Positions 21,941-34,740 of a DNA stretch of 64,000 bases are shown piece by piece. The number at the start of each line of letters is the position of its first letter. Position 1 is the stretch's first letter. This DNA comes from an uncultured delta proteobacterium (GTDB taxonomy: Bacteria; Myxococcota_A; Polyangia; Haliangiales; Haliangiaceae). The position numbers were made by a program, and so were the translations under genes. The stretch covers positions 800,001-864,000 of the forward strand of contig CAWKDB010000002.1 in NCBI GenBank assembly GCA_963848295.1, read 5' to 3'. The notes beneath the pieces are model-generated. The model had not been told where the DNA came from. It did not search any database and saw nothing but the letters and a program-made list of their open reading frames with translations.

Positions 21941-23772
21941 CAGGCACCTCCGGCGTCACCGGAGTCGGCGGCGGCATAGATCGCTTCACCGATGCGCTGG
22001 GCCGCGACCTCGAGTCGAGCGAGCGCGTCCTGCACGAGCGCGAGGTCATCGCCTTCGATCACCGCGCGACAATCGGCGAGCTCGGCGACGAGATACTCGC
22101 GCTCCTCGACCGGAAGCAGTCCGCTGAACTCGGCCATCGCTTTATCCGACGAGTAGAACAGACCTTCCGCTTTGTTGCGCGCCTCGACGAGCGCACGCCG
22201 GATCTGATCGGCCTCCTGCATGTCGACCGACTCGATGACGAGCCGTTCGATGTCGTCCTCGGTCAGGCCGGTCGTCGGCTGCACGGTGACGCTCTGGACC
22301 CGCCCGGTGCCGTGATCGTGCGCCGAGACGCTGAGCACGCCATCGGCGTCGATGTCGAACGCGACCTCGATCTTCGGCACGCCGCGCGGCGCCGGCGGAA
22401 TGCCGGTCAGCTCGAAGTGCGCGAGGGACTTGTTATCGGCCGACAGCTCGCGCTCGCCCTGGAGCACGTGGACGTTGACGAACGGCTGGTTGTCGATCGT
22501 CGTCGAGAACACCTCGGTCGCGCGCGCCGGCAGCGCGGTGTTGCGCGGGATCAACCGGGTGAACACGCCGCCCATCGTCTCGATCCCGAGCGACAGCGGC
22601 GTGACGTCGAGCAGCAGCACTTCCTGCACCTCGCCGGTGAGCACGCCGGCCTGGATCGCGGCACCGACCGCGACCACCTCGTCGGGGTTGACGCTGCGGT
22701 TCGCCTCTTTGCCGAACAGCTCGGCGACGAGCGTGTGAACGCGCGGCATCCGGGTCTGGCCCCCGACGAGGATCACGACGTCGATGTCGCTCGACACCAG
22801 CTCGGCGTCGGCGAGCGCGCGCTTGCACGGTTCGAGCGTCGCCTGGACGAGCGGCTCGACGAGCTTCTCGAGCTCGGCCCGGTCGAGCGACAGGATCAGG
22901 TGGCGTGGCCCGTCGGGTCCGGCCGACAGGAACGGCAGGTTGATCTCGGTGACCGGCGCGCTCGACAGCTCGATCTTCGCGCGCTCCGCCGCTTCCTTCA
23001 GCCGCTGGAGCGCCATCCGATCGCCACGCAGGTCGGTGCCGTCGTTGCGCGTCGCGAACTCCGCGAGCATGTGCTCGACGAGCGCGTTGTCGAAGTCCTC
23101 GCCGCCGAGGAACGTGTCACCCGCGGTCGACCGGACGCGAAACACGCCGTTGTCGAGCTCGAGGATCGAGATATCGAACGTGCCGCCGCCCAAGTCGTAG
23201 ACCGCGACCCGCGCCGCACCGCGCGCCTCGACGCCATACGCGAGCGCTGCCGCGGTCGGCTCGTTGACGATGCGCAGCACGTTCAGGCCGGCGATCCGCC
23301 CCGCGTCCTTCGTCGCCTGCCGCTGGGCATCGTCGAAGTACGCCGGCACGGTGACCACCGCTTCGGTCGCCTCTTCGCCGAGCCAATCCTCGGCGGTTTG
23401 CCGCATCTTCTGCAGCACGATCGCGGAGATCTCGGGCGGCGAGTAATCGCGGCCGCGAACCCGGACGTGCGCATCGCCGTTCGGCGCGGCGATCACCTCG
23501 TACGGGCAGGTCAATAGATGCCGCTGGACCTCCGCGTCGTCGAACTTGCGGCCCATCAGCCGCTTGACCGCGTAGATCGTGTTCTCGGCGTTCGTCATCG
23601 CCTGGCGCCGCGCCGCTTGGCCGACGAGGCGCTCGCCGGTCTGCGCGAAGCCGATCACCGACGGCGTCGTCCGGGCGCCCTCGGCGTTCGCGATCACCGA
23701 GGGCGAGTCTCCGTCGATCACGGCGACGCACGAGTTGGTCGTGCCGAGGTCGATCCCGAGGACCCGACTCAT
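21940..23772 (-). CDS. dnaK: Molecular chaperone DnaK
   Basis: [53 protein letters not shown]. Confidence 0.97.
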   Translation of the reverse strand: MSRVLGIDLGTTNSCVAVIDGDSPSVIANAEGARTTPSVIGFAQTGERLVGQAARRQAMTNAENTIYAVKRLMGRKFDDAEVQRHLLTCPYEVIAAPNGDAHVRVRGRDYSPPEISAIVLQKMRQTAEDWLGEEATEAVVTVPAYFDDAQRQATKDAGRIAGLNVLRIVNEPTAAALAYGVEARGAARVAVYDLGGGTFDISILELDNGVFRVRSTAGDTFLGGEDFDNALVEHMLAEFATRNDGTDLRGDRMALQRLKEAAERAKIELSSAPVTEINLPFLSAGPDGPRHLILSLDRAELEKLVEPLVQATLEPCKRALADAELVSSDIDVVILVGGQTRMPRVHTLVAELFGKEANRSVNPDEVVAVGAAIQAGVLTGEVQEVLLLDVTPLSLGIETMGGVFTRLIPRNTALPARATEVFSTTIDNQPFVNVHVLQGERELSADNKSLAHFELTGIPPAPRGVPKIEVAFDIDADGVLSVSAHDHGTGRVQSVTVQPTTGLTEDDIERLVIESVDMQEADQIRRALVEARNKAEGLFYSSDKAMAEFSGLLPVEEREYLVAELADCRAVIEGDDLALVQDALARLEVAAQRIGEAIYAAADSGDAGGA

Positions 23773-24383
23773 TCCGCGGCGGCCTTCGCCTTCGCGACGA
23801 CGACGAGCGCCGGACGCAGCAGCCGATCACCGATCTTGTAGCCGCGCTGCAGCACCTGGATGACCGTGCCGGGCGCGACCTCGCTCTCGACCTGCGAGAT
23901 CGCCTCGTGCAGGTTCGGATCGAACGGTTGGTTCGCCGCCTCGACCGGCGTGATGTCGAGCCGCTCGAACGCGGTCACGAACTGGCGCAGCACGAGCTGG
24001 ACGCCCTCGACGATCGGCTTCAACACCGGATCGAGCTCGCCGCCGCCCCCGGCGTGCTCGATCGCGCGCTCGAGGTTGTCGACGACCGGCAGCATCTCTT
24101 TGAGCACGCGGTTCTTCGCGTCGGTCTTCGCGTCCTCGATCTCGCGCTTGGTCCGCTTGCGCGTGTTCTCGAGGTCGGCGGCCGCGCGCAGGTAGCGGTC
24201 GTAGTTGTCTTTCTTCTCTTTCTCGAGCTGCGCGATCTTCGTCTCGAGCAGGGCGATCGGGTCCGGCGACTCTGGAGCAGCGCCATTCGCGTCGGGCGGC
24301 TCGACTTCGACCGGAATCACGCCACTGGCATCCGCGCTCGGCTCGCCTGGTGATTCTTCGTCTCGGGTCGGATCTGCGCTCAT
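23769..24383 (-). CDS. grpE: Nucleotide exchange factor GrpE
   Basis: [45 protein letters not shown]. Confidence 0.96.
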   Translation of the reverse strand: MSADPTRDEESPGEPSADASGVIPVEVEPPDANGAAPESPDPIALLETKIAQLEKEKKDNYDRYLRAAADLENTRKRTKREIEDAKTDAKNRVLKEMLPVVDNLERAIEHAGGGGELDPVLKPIVEGVQLVLRQFVTAFERLDITPVEAANQPFDPNLHEAISQVESEVAPGTVIQVLQRGYKIGDRLLRPALVVVAKAKAAAE

Positions 24384-24398
24384 CGGTCGCCAACGATA

Positions 24399-25438
24399 CT
24401 ACGTGCCGCCAAGCTCCGCGAGAAGCTGGGAGACCGTGTCGGCGGTGACGTCCACGACCGACATCACCTTGCCGTAGTTCATCCGCATCGGGCCGATCAC
24501 CGCAAGCGCACCGATCGGCTGGTCCTCGGGGCCGTACGACATCGCGACGACCGAGCTGCCCGACAACGCCGCGGCTTCGGTCTCGGCGCCGAGGAACACC
24601 TGTAGCCCGTCGGCGAGCCGCGTGCGATCGAGCAGGCGGAGCAGCGATTCCTTGTCCTCGAGCGTGCGCAGCAGCTCCTTCGCGCGATCCTGCGCGAGCT
24701 CCTTGTCGTCGAGCAAGTTCGCCTGCCCGGTCACGACGACGTCGGCCGAGCGTTCGGGCTGGGTCACGAACACCGCATGGCCCAAGCGCAGCGCGGCGGC
24801 GACCGCTTCGTCGTAGCGATTCTTGTCCTCGCCGAGCTCGCGGATCACGCGGTCGCGGACTTCGTCGAGCGTCATCCCGGACAACAGCCCGTTCAGGTAG
24901 TTGTGGATGCGCTCGAGCCGGCGCGGATCGACGTCGTCGATGACGAGCCGGTTCTCGATCCGGCCTTCGCTCGTCACGAGCACCGCGATCAGCTTGCCGT
25001 CGCGCAACGGCACGAACTCGATGCGCTCGAGCCGCAACTGCGCCGGATCGGGAGCGACGATGATCGCGGCGTGCTGGGTCAGGTCGGACAACAGGCGTGA
25101 CGCGCGCTGCATGACCTCGTCCGGGTTGGTCGCGGTGACCCGGCCGCGGATCTCGTCTTTTTCGCGCGGCGGTCAGGCCGCGGACGCTGCAGCAAGCTGT
25201 CGATGAAGAACCGCAGGCCGGACTGCGTCGGCACGCGGCCGGCCGAGCTGTGGCGTTGCTCGAGCAGGCCGAGCTCCTCGAGATCGGCCATGACGTTGCG
25301 CACGGTCGCGGGCGACAAGCCGAGATCGTGACGGCGCGTGACCGTGCGCGAGCCCACCGCATCGCCACCGTGGAGGTACTCGGTGACGACCGCGTGCAAG
25401 ATCTTCTGGGCGCGGCGCGTGAGGTCAGACGACGACAT
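24399..25438 (-). CDS. hrcA: Heat-inducible transcription repressor HrcA, frameshifted near 25165-25190
   Basis: N-part [32 protein letters not shown]-part [14 protein letters not shown] in another frame; upstream of grpE. Confidence 0.92.
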
Positions 25439-25456
25439 GACTGGATCCCGACCAGC

Positions 25457-26539
25457 TTACCAAGCTTGCACGATCCGAGCGGCGATCCGATCGTTCATTA
25501 GAAAGCCGCGCAGAGTCGGGGAGATCCGCGCGCCTTGCCGGGTGGCGAGGCCGGTGGCGACCAGCTCGTCGGCGATCCCGGCCGGGAGGTCCGCCGCGGC
25601 CACCCCGTCGCTGGTGCGCATGCCGAGCCACGCCCGTTCCTGGGCGAGCTCGTCGCCGGACAGCGCCACGTCCTCGCGCGGTCCGCCGCGCGAGGTAGTC
25701 GACGACCCGCCGGGGGTTCGTGCGCGCGCCGGCCGGTGCCATCCGCGGCGACCGCGAGCGAGGCCGCCGACGCGCCGAGCCCGAGGTACGGCGTCGCCGC
25801 GCCAGTACAGCGAGTTGTGCACGGCGCGCGCCGCCCGGCTTCGCGTACGAGCTGACCTCGTAGTGGGCGTAGCCCGCGGCAGTGAGCCGGTCGTGGGTCG
25901 CGGCGTAGAGCTCGGCGAGCTCGTCATCGGGCAGCGGCGCCATCCGCCCGGATCGGACCCGCGCGCCGAACGCGGTGCGATCCTCGATCGTCAGCTCGTA
26001 GATCGAGAGGTGGTCGGCGAGCCCCTGCGACGCCCGGCGGCTCGGCGCGGCGCGAGGTCAGCGGCGTCCCGAGGATGAAATCGGCCGAGACCGCGAAGCC
26101 GGCGGCGCGAGCGCGCTCGACGCGCGGCAGTCCCGTCGCCGAACCGGTGATCGCGACCGAGCACGACGAGCTCGTCGGCGTGGAGCGACTGCACGCCGAT
26201 CGAGATTCGCGTGATCCCGGCGGCGTGCCAGGCGGCGAGCGCGGCCTCGGCGCAATCGATCGGGTTCGCCTCGATCGTGACCTCCTGCGGCTCGCCGCCG
26301 AACCGGTCGCGCACCGCGGCGATCACGCGCGCGAGGCAGTCGGGCTGCCACAACGACGGCGTGCCACCGCCGAAATAGATCGAGATCAACGGCGGCTCGA
26401 ACGCCGGCGCGCGGCGAACGAGCTCGGCGACGATCGCGTCGGCGTAGCGCTCGTGCTCGGGAGTACCGACCTCGACCGCGAAGTCACAGTACGGGCAAAG
26501 CTTGCGGCACCACGGATAGTGGATATAAACGCCGAGCAT
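25457..26539 (-). CDS. hemW: Radical SAM heme chaperone HemW, several frameshifts (~25700-26130)
   Basis: [48 protein letters not shown] and HNSLYW appear in other frames; typical position before hrcA. Confidence 0.88.
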
Positions 26540-27665
26540 GCCCTCCGCGCCAATCTACCTCGACAATGCCGCGTCGACCCGGATCGCCGACCCGGTCCTC
26601 GCGCTGATGACCGAAGTGATGCGCACCGCGTGGGGCAACCCGACGGCGCTGCATCCGCAGGGGGTCGCGGCGCGCGGGTATCTCGAGGCCGCGCGGCAAC
26701 GGCTGGTCGCGGCGCTCGGCGACGGCGACATCGTCTGGACCTCGGGCTGCACCGAGGCGAACGCGCTCGCGGTGCTCGGTGCCGCGCGCACGCACGCCGG
26801 CAAGATCGTCGTGTCGACGTTCGAACATGCGGCGGTGGGCACGCTCGCCGATCGGCTGGCCGCCGAGGGCCGCGAGGTCGTCCGCGTCGCACCGGCGGCC
26901 ACCGGCGTGCTCGATGCCGCGACGTTCGCCCGCGCCGCGGAGGGCGCCGGCGTCGTGTCGCTGATCGCGGTGCAGAACGAGATCGGGCTGGTCCAGCCGC
27001 TCGCCGAGCTCGTCACCGCGATCCGGGCGCGCGCTCCACACGCCCACATTCACGTCGACGCGGCGCAGGCGTTCGGCAAGATCGCGCTGTCGGCGAGCGC
27101 GCTCGCTATCGATTCGATCGCGATCGCGGGCCACAAGCTCCACGGCCCGAAGGGGGTCGGTGCGTTGTGGCTGCGCACCGGCGCCAAGATCGAGCCGCTG
27201 TGGGTCGGAGGTGGTCAGCAACACGGCTTGCGCGGTGGCACGCAGGATGCGCCCGGTGCCGCCGGCCTCGGGCTCGCGGCGGAACGCGCGATCGCCGCGC
27301 TGCCGGTGTCGCGCGCGCGTTGGCTCGAGCATGCGGCACACGTCGTCGCCGGTCTCGAGACGCGCGGCGTCGCGGTGCGTCAGCTCGTGCCGGATCAGCG
27401 GCGCGCACCGCACATCCTCGCGCTCGGCATCCCGGGCGTGCCGGCGTCGGCGATGCGCAGCGTGCTCGCGAGTCGCGGCGTCTACGTGTCGACCGGCTCG
27501 TCGTGCTCGGACGGTGCGGGCAAGCCGTCGGCCGTGCTCGTCACGCTCGGCCTGCCGCCCGACGTCGGCATGGTGCGCTTGTCGTTCGGCCACGACACGA
27601 CCGCCGACGAGATCGCGGCTGCGACGGCGACGCTGGCGGAGGTCGCGACCGAGCTGCGCGCCTAG
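26538..27665 (+). CDS. Cysteine desulfurase (IscS/NifS family)
   Basis: [53 protein letters not shown]. Confidence 0.93.
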   Translation: MPSAPIYLDNAASTRIADPVLALMTEVMRTAWGNPTALHPQGVAARGYLEAARQRLVAALGDGDIVWTSGCTEANALAVLGAARTHAGKIVVSTFEHAAVGTLADRLAAEGREVVRVAPAATGVLDAATFARAAEGAGVVSLIAVQNEIGLVQPLAELVTAIRARAPHAHIHVDAAQAFGKIALSASALAIDSIAIAGHKLHGPKGVGALWLRTGAKIEPLWVGGGQQHGLRGGTQDAPGAAGLGLAAERAIAALPVSRARWLEHAAHVVAGLETRGVAVRQLVPDQRRAPHILALGIPGVPASAMRSVLASRGVYVSTGSSCSDGAGKPSAVLVTLGLPPDVGMVRLSFGHDTTADEIAAATATLAEVATELRA

Positions 27666-29635
27666 GTATCGGTAAACGCCAGCGTGATCTGGAAGTTCCC
27701 GCCCGGCGATGGGCGTAGCTTCCAGCCGCGGATCGCCCCGATCAGGCACTTGCCGAGCGAGTCGCTGCCGTGATCGGACAGGGTGACGGCGGTGACCGCG
27801 CCATCGCGGTCGATCGTGAGCGACACGGTGATCCGCTTGACCTCGCCGATCGTCAGCGCTTCGGCGCCGCGTTGCGCGCGCATGTAGCAGCGGTTCGTTG
27901 TCGCTTGATGCAGCCGCGCGATGTCTTCGATCTCGTCGCCGCGCAGCGAACCGTGCGAATCGGCAGCGTCGTCCGAGCCGGTCGGCGGATGCGGGGTGTT
28001 CGGCGTGAACGGACGGAACGTCGGATGCGGCTTCGGCGCCACCGCGCTGCCCGGCCCCACCGGATCGAGCGGATTGCGGTGCGGGTCGTCCGGCCGATCG
28101 GTGTCGACATACGTGCCGCGACCGTAGTTGACCTGGTCCTCGTCGTCGCTGCCTTGCATCATGACGACGACGACCGCGGTTGCCGCACCGAGCACGATCG
28201 CCGCGACGATCACGAGCATGAGCATCGCGCGGCGATTCGCGACGACCGGCGGCGGCGGCAGCGCGGTCTCGATGGCGCCATCGGCGGCGAGCCCGGCGGC
28301 GCCGAGCGGACCGGTCGCGGCGAGCGGCGACAGCCCGAGCTCTCCCGGCGACATCCGCTGCACCGAGCCGGTCGTGCGCAGCCCCGGCGCGCGCCCGGTC
28401 TTACTGCGCGCTGGCTTCATCAAGTCGGCGAGGTTGACAACGCGCGACACCTCGCCGATCTCGAGGTTGTCTTCTTCGGGACCGGCATCCGCAACGGCCA
28501 CGGTCTCCTGCGAGGGCGTGTGCACCGGCGGTTGCGGCGGCGCCCAGCCTTCCGCCACCGGACGCGCGGTCGTCTTCGGCTCGACCGAGTCGAACCGATC
28601 GAACATCCGCTTGTTCGCGACCGGATCGGCCGCGGTCGAGATCTCGTCGTTGAACGCGGGCGCTTCGACTTGGGTCAGACCTTCGAGCGCGGTCTCGCTC
28701 GAATCACTCGCATCGAACGCCGCGGCGAGGGCTTGCGCGCCCGGGCTCAGTCCGGGCTGGGTCGCTCCGCGAGCCGGTTTCACGGCGGCCGGCGCGGAGC
28801 CCGCGGGCATCGGCTTCAAGATCGCGGGCTCTGGCTTCGCGGCGATCTTCGCTACCGCTTTGGAGTCGTTCAGCTTGTCGACCGGCTTGCTGTCGAGCTT
28901 GCCGACCGAGGGCACGTTGATCGCTTTGAGCGCGGCCGAGCCATTCGTACGCGGTGCGACCGCGGTCACCGATGGCAGCGGCTGACGCGCGACCGCGCCG
29001 GTACCCGCCGGCGCCATCTTGATCGAGCTCGGCGCGGGCATCGTCGAGATCGGCTCGCTCGCGACGCCCTTCTCGAGCTGCGCCATGGTCGCCGCGAACA
29101 AGGCCTTCGGTTCTTCCTCGACCTGCGGTTGGGCCGCGACGCTCATCCGACTGCCCACGCGCGGCAGCGGCGGCGGCTTCTGCGCCGGCAACGGCTTCTT
29201 ACGCAGGCCGCGGAAGTGGCTGACCTTGTCGACCGGCAGCCAGTCGTCGAAGCCCTCGCTCCAGCAATGCAGATCCGCATCCCACGCTTTACCCGCAACC
29301 CAACGCTGCGCTTCGGCGAGCGTGAACGGTCCGGACTGATCGCCGTCGACCGAGACGTACCACTCCTCTTCGAGCGCGGCCGGCGGCTTCACCGCCGACG
29401 CCGGCTTGCCGTTGCGTGCCGCGGGCAGTGTCTGTTGCGCGAGCGGTGCGGCGGTGGTCGGGCGATTGCGACGACTCGCCGCGTCGCCAGCGCCGGCTTC
29501 GGCGGCGACTTCCATGCCTTCGCGGACCGTGATGACGTTCGCGCAGTTCTTACAGCGGATCTTGAGGATCTTGCCGCGAACGCGATCGTCCCCGATCGAA
29601 TATCGGGTCTTGCATCGGTCACACAGGAACTTCAC
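27662..29635 (-). CDS. AgmX/GltJ-like protein (zinc ribbon, GYF domain, linker, TM, TonB-C-like domain)
   Basis: CDRC...CKNC zinc ribbon, WYVSVDGDQSGPFT...CWSEGFDDW GYF_2-like domain, one TM helix, C-terminal RCY...LGKCLIGAIRGW. Confidence 0.82.
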   Translation of the reverse strand: MKFLCDRCKTRYSIGDDRVRGKILKIRCKNCANVITVREGMEVAAEAGAGDAASRRNRPTTAAPLAQQTLPAARNGKPASAVKPPAALEEEWYVSVDGDQSGPFTLAEAQRWVAGKAWDADLHCWSEGFDDWLPVDKVSHFRGLRKKPLPAQKPPPLPRVGSRMSVAAQPQVEEEPKALFAATMAQLEKGVASEPISTMPAPSSIKMAPAGTGAVARQPLPSVTAVAPRTNGSAALKAINVPSVGKLDSKPVDKLNDSKAVAKIAAKPEPAILKPMPAGSAPAAVKPARGATQPGLSPGAQALAAAFDASDSSETALEGLTQVEAPAFNDEISTAADPVANKRMFDRFDSVEPKTTARPVAEGWAPPQPPVHTPSQETVAVADAGPEEDNLEIGEVSRVVNLADLMKPARSKTGRAPGLRTTGSVQRMSPGELGLSPLAATGPLGAAGLAADGAIETALPPPPVVANRRAMLMLVIVAAIVLGAATAVVVVMMQGSDDEDQVNYGRGTYVDTDRPDDPHRNPLDPVGPGSAVAPKPHPTFRPFTPNTPHPPTGSDDAADSHGSLRGDEIEDIARLHQATTNRCYMRAQRGAEALTIGEVKRITVSLTIDRDGAVTAVTLSDHGSDSLGKCLIGAIRGWKLRPSPGGNFQITLAFTDT

Positions 29636-29755
29636 GGCGTGGCCTTACGGCTCCCCCTCAGACACTGCGCGGAGACATCGGGCACGATCCGACACGGACC
29701 ATGATTGTGCCCAAAAAGAGCAGTCCTCGCAAAGGGGTAGACCTCGTTGCGATCG

Positions 29756-30892
29756 CTACTTCGACGCGGGAGCCGCCGCCGCCGCTGCATCCGAGGATTG
29801 TGGAACTCCAGCGTCTACCGCCTCGCCTGGCGCGGACTTAGCGCGATGCCAGGCCACAGACCTCGGTGAAATCACGACCACGTCGCGCAGTTTGTCGCCC
29901 GCGCGGGTGGTGAGGAGACCTCCGACCTCGATCGCGTCGGGCCGGCTGGTCAGCTCGAGGTCGAGGTCGACGTCGCGCAACTCGGCGCCGATCCACCGAG
30001 CGTTTGCAGCCGTGAGCTGGTAGAGCGGCGTGGTCTCGAGCGAACGGACCAGCTTGCCGCCGTCGAGACGAAATGCGGTCAGCGTCCAGGAGCGCTGCTC
30101 GTGATCCTCGGTCCGCGCGATCGCGACGAGCTCGTCACGCCCGTCGCCATCGGAGCGGAGCGGCGCGGCCCACACGAGCCCGGGGACGCGTTGTACAGCG
30201 ATCGCGCGATCGTCCGTGCCGCGAACTGCGAGCTCGTCGCCATCGATCGAGACCAGCTCGCCCGTCGTCAAGCAAGCACCGAGCTTCTTCGGATCGTCGG
30301 TCGCGGTCGGCCGTACACACGCGTCGGGCGCGGCGGTCGCGACGGGTGGCGCCTCGGCGACCACGATCGCGGCGATCCGATCGCCATCGAGCACGAACCG
30401 GCCGTTGTGCAACCCGGCCGCTACGACAAGCCGCGGATCCCGCGCTCGGGTCGGATCGGTCACGAACGGACCGAGGACGTGCTCGAGCTCGTCGCGGGTC
30501 GAGCCGACATGGATCCCGGTCTCGGTGCGCGCGACCTCGCTGCCGACGACCGCCACGAAGCTGACGTGGCCGTGCAGCTCACCGCCGATCAGGATGTTGT
30601 CGTCTTCGGCGCGCAGGATCTGGCGGGTGACGACGCCTTGGATGTCGTACAGCTTGATCCGCGGGCCCGACGGCAGCTGGTCCGCGAGCTTGTTGAGGGG
30701 CTCGCCGAGCCGATACGGCCCGACGCCATCGCTGCGGATCGCGTGCGGCGGCAGCGGCCGGACGTTCTGCGGCGGCGGCTCGATCACGCGGTGTTGCCGC
30801 ACGTCCGGTCGCATCCCGGCGCTGCCGTTCGAGCTGTCGCACGCGACGAGCACGCCGACCGCACCGACCGCCACGAGGACCCTCGCGTTCAC
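29756..30892 (-). CDS. Hypothetical lipoprotein
   Basis: Lipobox VLVAC; 378 aa; coupled to the upstream kinase stop. Confidence 0.72.
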   Translation of the reverse strand: MNARVLVAVGAVGVLVACDSSNGSAGMRPDVRQHRVIEPPPQNVRPLPPHAIRSDGVGPYRLGEPLNKLADQLPSGPRIKLYDIQGVVTRQILRAEDDNILIGGELHGHVSFVAVVGSEVARTETGIHVGSTRDELEHVLGPFVTDPTRARDPRLVVAAGLHNGRFVLDGDRIAAIVVAEAPPVATAAPDACVRPTATDDPKKLGACLTTGELVSIDGDELAVRGTDDRAIAVQRVPGLVWAAPLRSDGDGRDELVAIARTEDHEQRSWTLTAFRLDGGKLVRSLETTPLYQLTAANARWIGAELRDVDLDLELTSRPDAIEVGGLLTTRAGDKLRDVVVISPRSVAWHRAKSAPGEAVDAGVPQSSDAAAAAAPASK

Positions 30893-32552
30893 CGCCCGAG
30901 GATATACGCCACCAAGAAAGCTGCCACTGCTAGGATGATCGCGATCACCACCAACCCGCGGGAGTTTCGTGAGCGCTCGAGCACCCCCGTGCGGAACTGC
31001 GCGGGCTTGCGCGGGCTCGCGGGCTTGCCGACCGCCTTGGCCTCGGCGAGTGGCTTGGCGTCACCCTCGGGCTTGGCCGCGTGGCTCGCGTCGTACGCCT
31101 CGACCTCGGCGTCGGTCGGCAGCTTGAAGTCGGCGTAGCTGACGAACTTGAGCGGCGCGGCGTCCGCGATCGCGGGATCGCCTTCGAGCTCCTCGGTGCG
31201 CAGCCGCTTGACCGGATTGGTCTCGATCGGCTCGACATCGTCGCTGAGATCCGCGGGCTCGCTCGGCTCCACGGCGCGCGCGGATGGATCGATCGCGGGG
31301 CCCGCGCCGGTGATCCGCGCCATCCCGGCCGGTCGCACCGGCACCGGCGTGCGCAGCGAGCGCAACTCGGCGAGCTCCATGCCGAGCGCGGCGGCGACAT
31401 CCGCTTCTGGCTGGTCGGCGTCTTCCCACTGGGCCGCTTGCGTCCGGACCCGGCGCGCCTTCGGCTGGCTTGTAGCTGTCGAACGCTTGGCTGTCGAAGT
31501 CGAGCTCGTCACCCGCGTGTCTCGCCTCCGCTTCGGAGATCAGCTCGGGACGGCGGACGCCCCCGGTCGCATGCGCGAGCGCATCGAGGTAGCGCGCGAT
31601 GCGAACCGGCCCGGAGTGGAGCCGCTCGTCGCGCAGGAACGTCTCGAGGTCGTCGGCGAGATCGTAGGCGGTCTCGTAGCGGTCGTCGGGATGTTTCTCG
31701 AGCGCGCGCATCACGATCGACTCGAGCGCGGGCGGAAAGTTGCGGCGCACGAACGTCGGCGGCGCGATCTTGCCGTCGATCAGCCGGCGGACGACCTCTT
31801 GAGCTCGCCCGCGGATACAGCCGCTTGCCGACGGTGATCTCGTAGAGCACGATGCCGAGCGAGAACACGTCGCTGCGATGATCGACCTCGCCGCGCGCCG
31901 CTTGCTCGGGCGACATGTAGCTGAGCTTGCCGGGCAGCACGTGGCCACGGTGCTGTTGCCCTCGCGCGCGCGCGATGCCGAAGTCGATGACCTTGAGAAA
32001 GCCGTCCTGGGTGACGAGCAGGTTCGACGGCGAGATGTCGAGGTGGACGATCTCGAGCGGCTCGTCGGCGAGCTCCGAGCCCTCGGCGCCGCGCTTCGCG
32101 TGGAAGTAGCCCAAGCCGGCCGCGGCTTGGCGGATGAGCTCGACCGCGTGCTCGAGCGGCAAGAACCGGCCTTGCGCGATGCCGCGCCGGCACAGCTCGT
32201 TGAGCTCTTCGCCGATGATGTACTCCATCGCGATGTAGGGGATGCCGTCGTGCTCGATCGACGTCGTAGACGTGGACGATGTTCGGATGGTTGAGCTGGG
32301 CGCCGATCTTCGCTTCGTCGAGGAACATCTCGACGACCCGCGGATCGTCGGCGAGCTCGGCGCGCAGCCGCTTGATCACGACCTGCTTCTCGAACCCGGC
32401 CGGCGATCCCGCGGGGCGGCCAGTGCCCGCCCCGCTCCAGCTCGGGTCTTGGCGCGCGAGATAGATCTCGGCCATGCCGCCGACGGCGAGCCGGCGTAAC
32501 AGCGTGTAGCGCCCGCCGAACGGCGTCGGCTCGAGGTCGGCGGTCTTGTGCC

Positions 32553-32556
<4 letters not shown>
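30889..32556 (-). CDS. Ser/Thr protein kinase with C-terminal TM, three apparent indels (~32256, ~31815, ~31441)
   Basis: FGGRYTLLRRLAVGGMAEIY...VVIKR...NHPNIV / HLDISPSN...DFG...GKLSYMSPEQ...SDVFSLG / MRALEKHPDDRY, spread over successive frames. Confidence 0.88.
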
Positions 32557-33613
<1,057 letters not shown>

Positions 33614-33617
<4 letters not shown>

Positions 33618-34615
33618 TCGCGTTCCGCACCCACGCGGCGAGACAGCAGCATCGTCAGCGCGTCACGCACCGGCATGCCCTCGTGGATGATGCGGTACAT
33701 CGCGTCGATGATCGGCACTTCGACGGCGAGCTTGCGGCCGAGCTCGTGCGCGACCCTCGCGGTCTTCACGCCCTCGGCGACCTGCGTCGCCTCCGCGAGG
33801 ATCTGCGCCATCGGCTTGCCGGCGCCGAGCGCGAGCCCGACGCGGCGGTTGCGCGACGCATCGCCCGAGCACGTGAGCACGAGGTCGCCCATCCCGGATA
33901 GACCGGCGAACGTCAGCGGATCGGCGCCGAGCGCGACCCCCATCCGCGTGATCTCGGCCAGCCCGCGCGTGATCAGCGCGACTCGCGTGTTCGAGCCGAA
34001 GCCGAGGCCGTCGGAGATCCCGGCGCCGATCGCGATCACGTTCTTGAGCGCGCCGCCGACGAGCACGCCGGTCACGTCGTGGGTCGTGTAGATCCGGAAG
34101 TGCAGCGAGCGCAGCGCGTCTTGCGCATCCGAGGTCGTCGTGGGATCGCGACCGGCGAGCACGATCGCCGCCGGCATGCCCGCGGCGATCTCGCCGGCGA
34201 ACGTCGGCCCCGACAGGAACGTCGCGCGTTCCGCGATCCACGGCGGAAAGATCTCGGCATAGACGCGATCGATCGTCGCGTGACTGCCCTCCTCGAGCCC
34301 TTTGCTCGCGTTGATCACGATCGCGTCGCGCTCGATCCATGCCGCGGCGATGCCGAGCACATCGCGGATGCCATGCGACGGCGTCACGCCGACGATGAAC
34401 CGCCGGCCGCGCACCGCGTGCTCGAGATCCGCGGTGACCGAGACGTTGTCGGGCAGCCGGTGACCGGGCAGATACGACGTCTCGCGCGCGGCCTGCATCG
34501 CTGCGGCGACCTCGGGCTTGCGGCAGTAGAACGTGACGCGGTGGCCGACGCGCGCGAAGCAGATCGCGAGGCACGTCCCGTAGCTGCCGGCGCCGATGAC
34601 CGCGATGTCCTCCAC
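33614..34615 (-). CDS. gpsA: NAD(P)H-dependent glycerol-3-phosphate dehydrogenase
   Basis: IGAGSYGT, ASKGLE, LSGPTFA, GGALKNVIAIGAG, GLSGMGDLVLTC...SRN, AEGVKT. GTG start at 34615 inferred. Confidence 0.95.
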
Positions 34616-34639
34616 GGGAGCGGAACGTAACACGGCCGC

Positions 34640-34740
34640 AAGGTGACAAAAGAGACAGCGTCCCCCGCGCATCGCCTTGGGGATCAGCGATTTGCGCCGC
34701 ACGCGCCGCGGCGCAAGGTGACAAAAGAGACAGCGTCACC
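34640..34740. repeat. Second doublet of the 26-bp quasi-palindromic repeat (reverse orientation), copies 34640-34665 and 34715-34740
   Basis: aaggtgacaaaagagacagcgtcccc and aaggtgacaaaagagacagcgtcacc, 49-nt spacer. The second copy is the exact reverse complement of 1626-1651. Confidence 0.85.

Noticed and set aside
15400..32300. Frameshifts in the CNNM gene, hrcA, hemW and the Ser/Thr kinase as programmed recoding or pseudogenisation
   Set aside because: They are clustered single-base indels with no slippery motifs and no nonsense codons, some compensating. Consensus errors in the assembly are the simplest explanation; read pile-ups would settle it.
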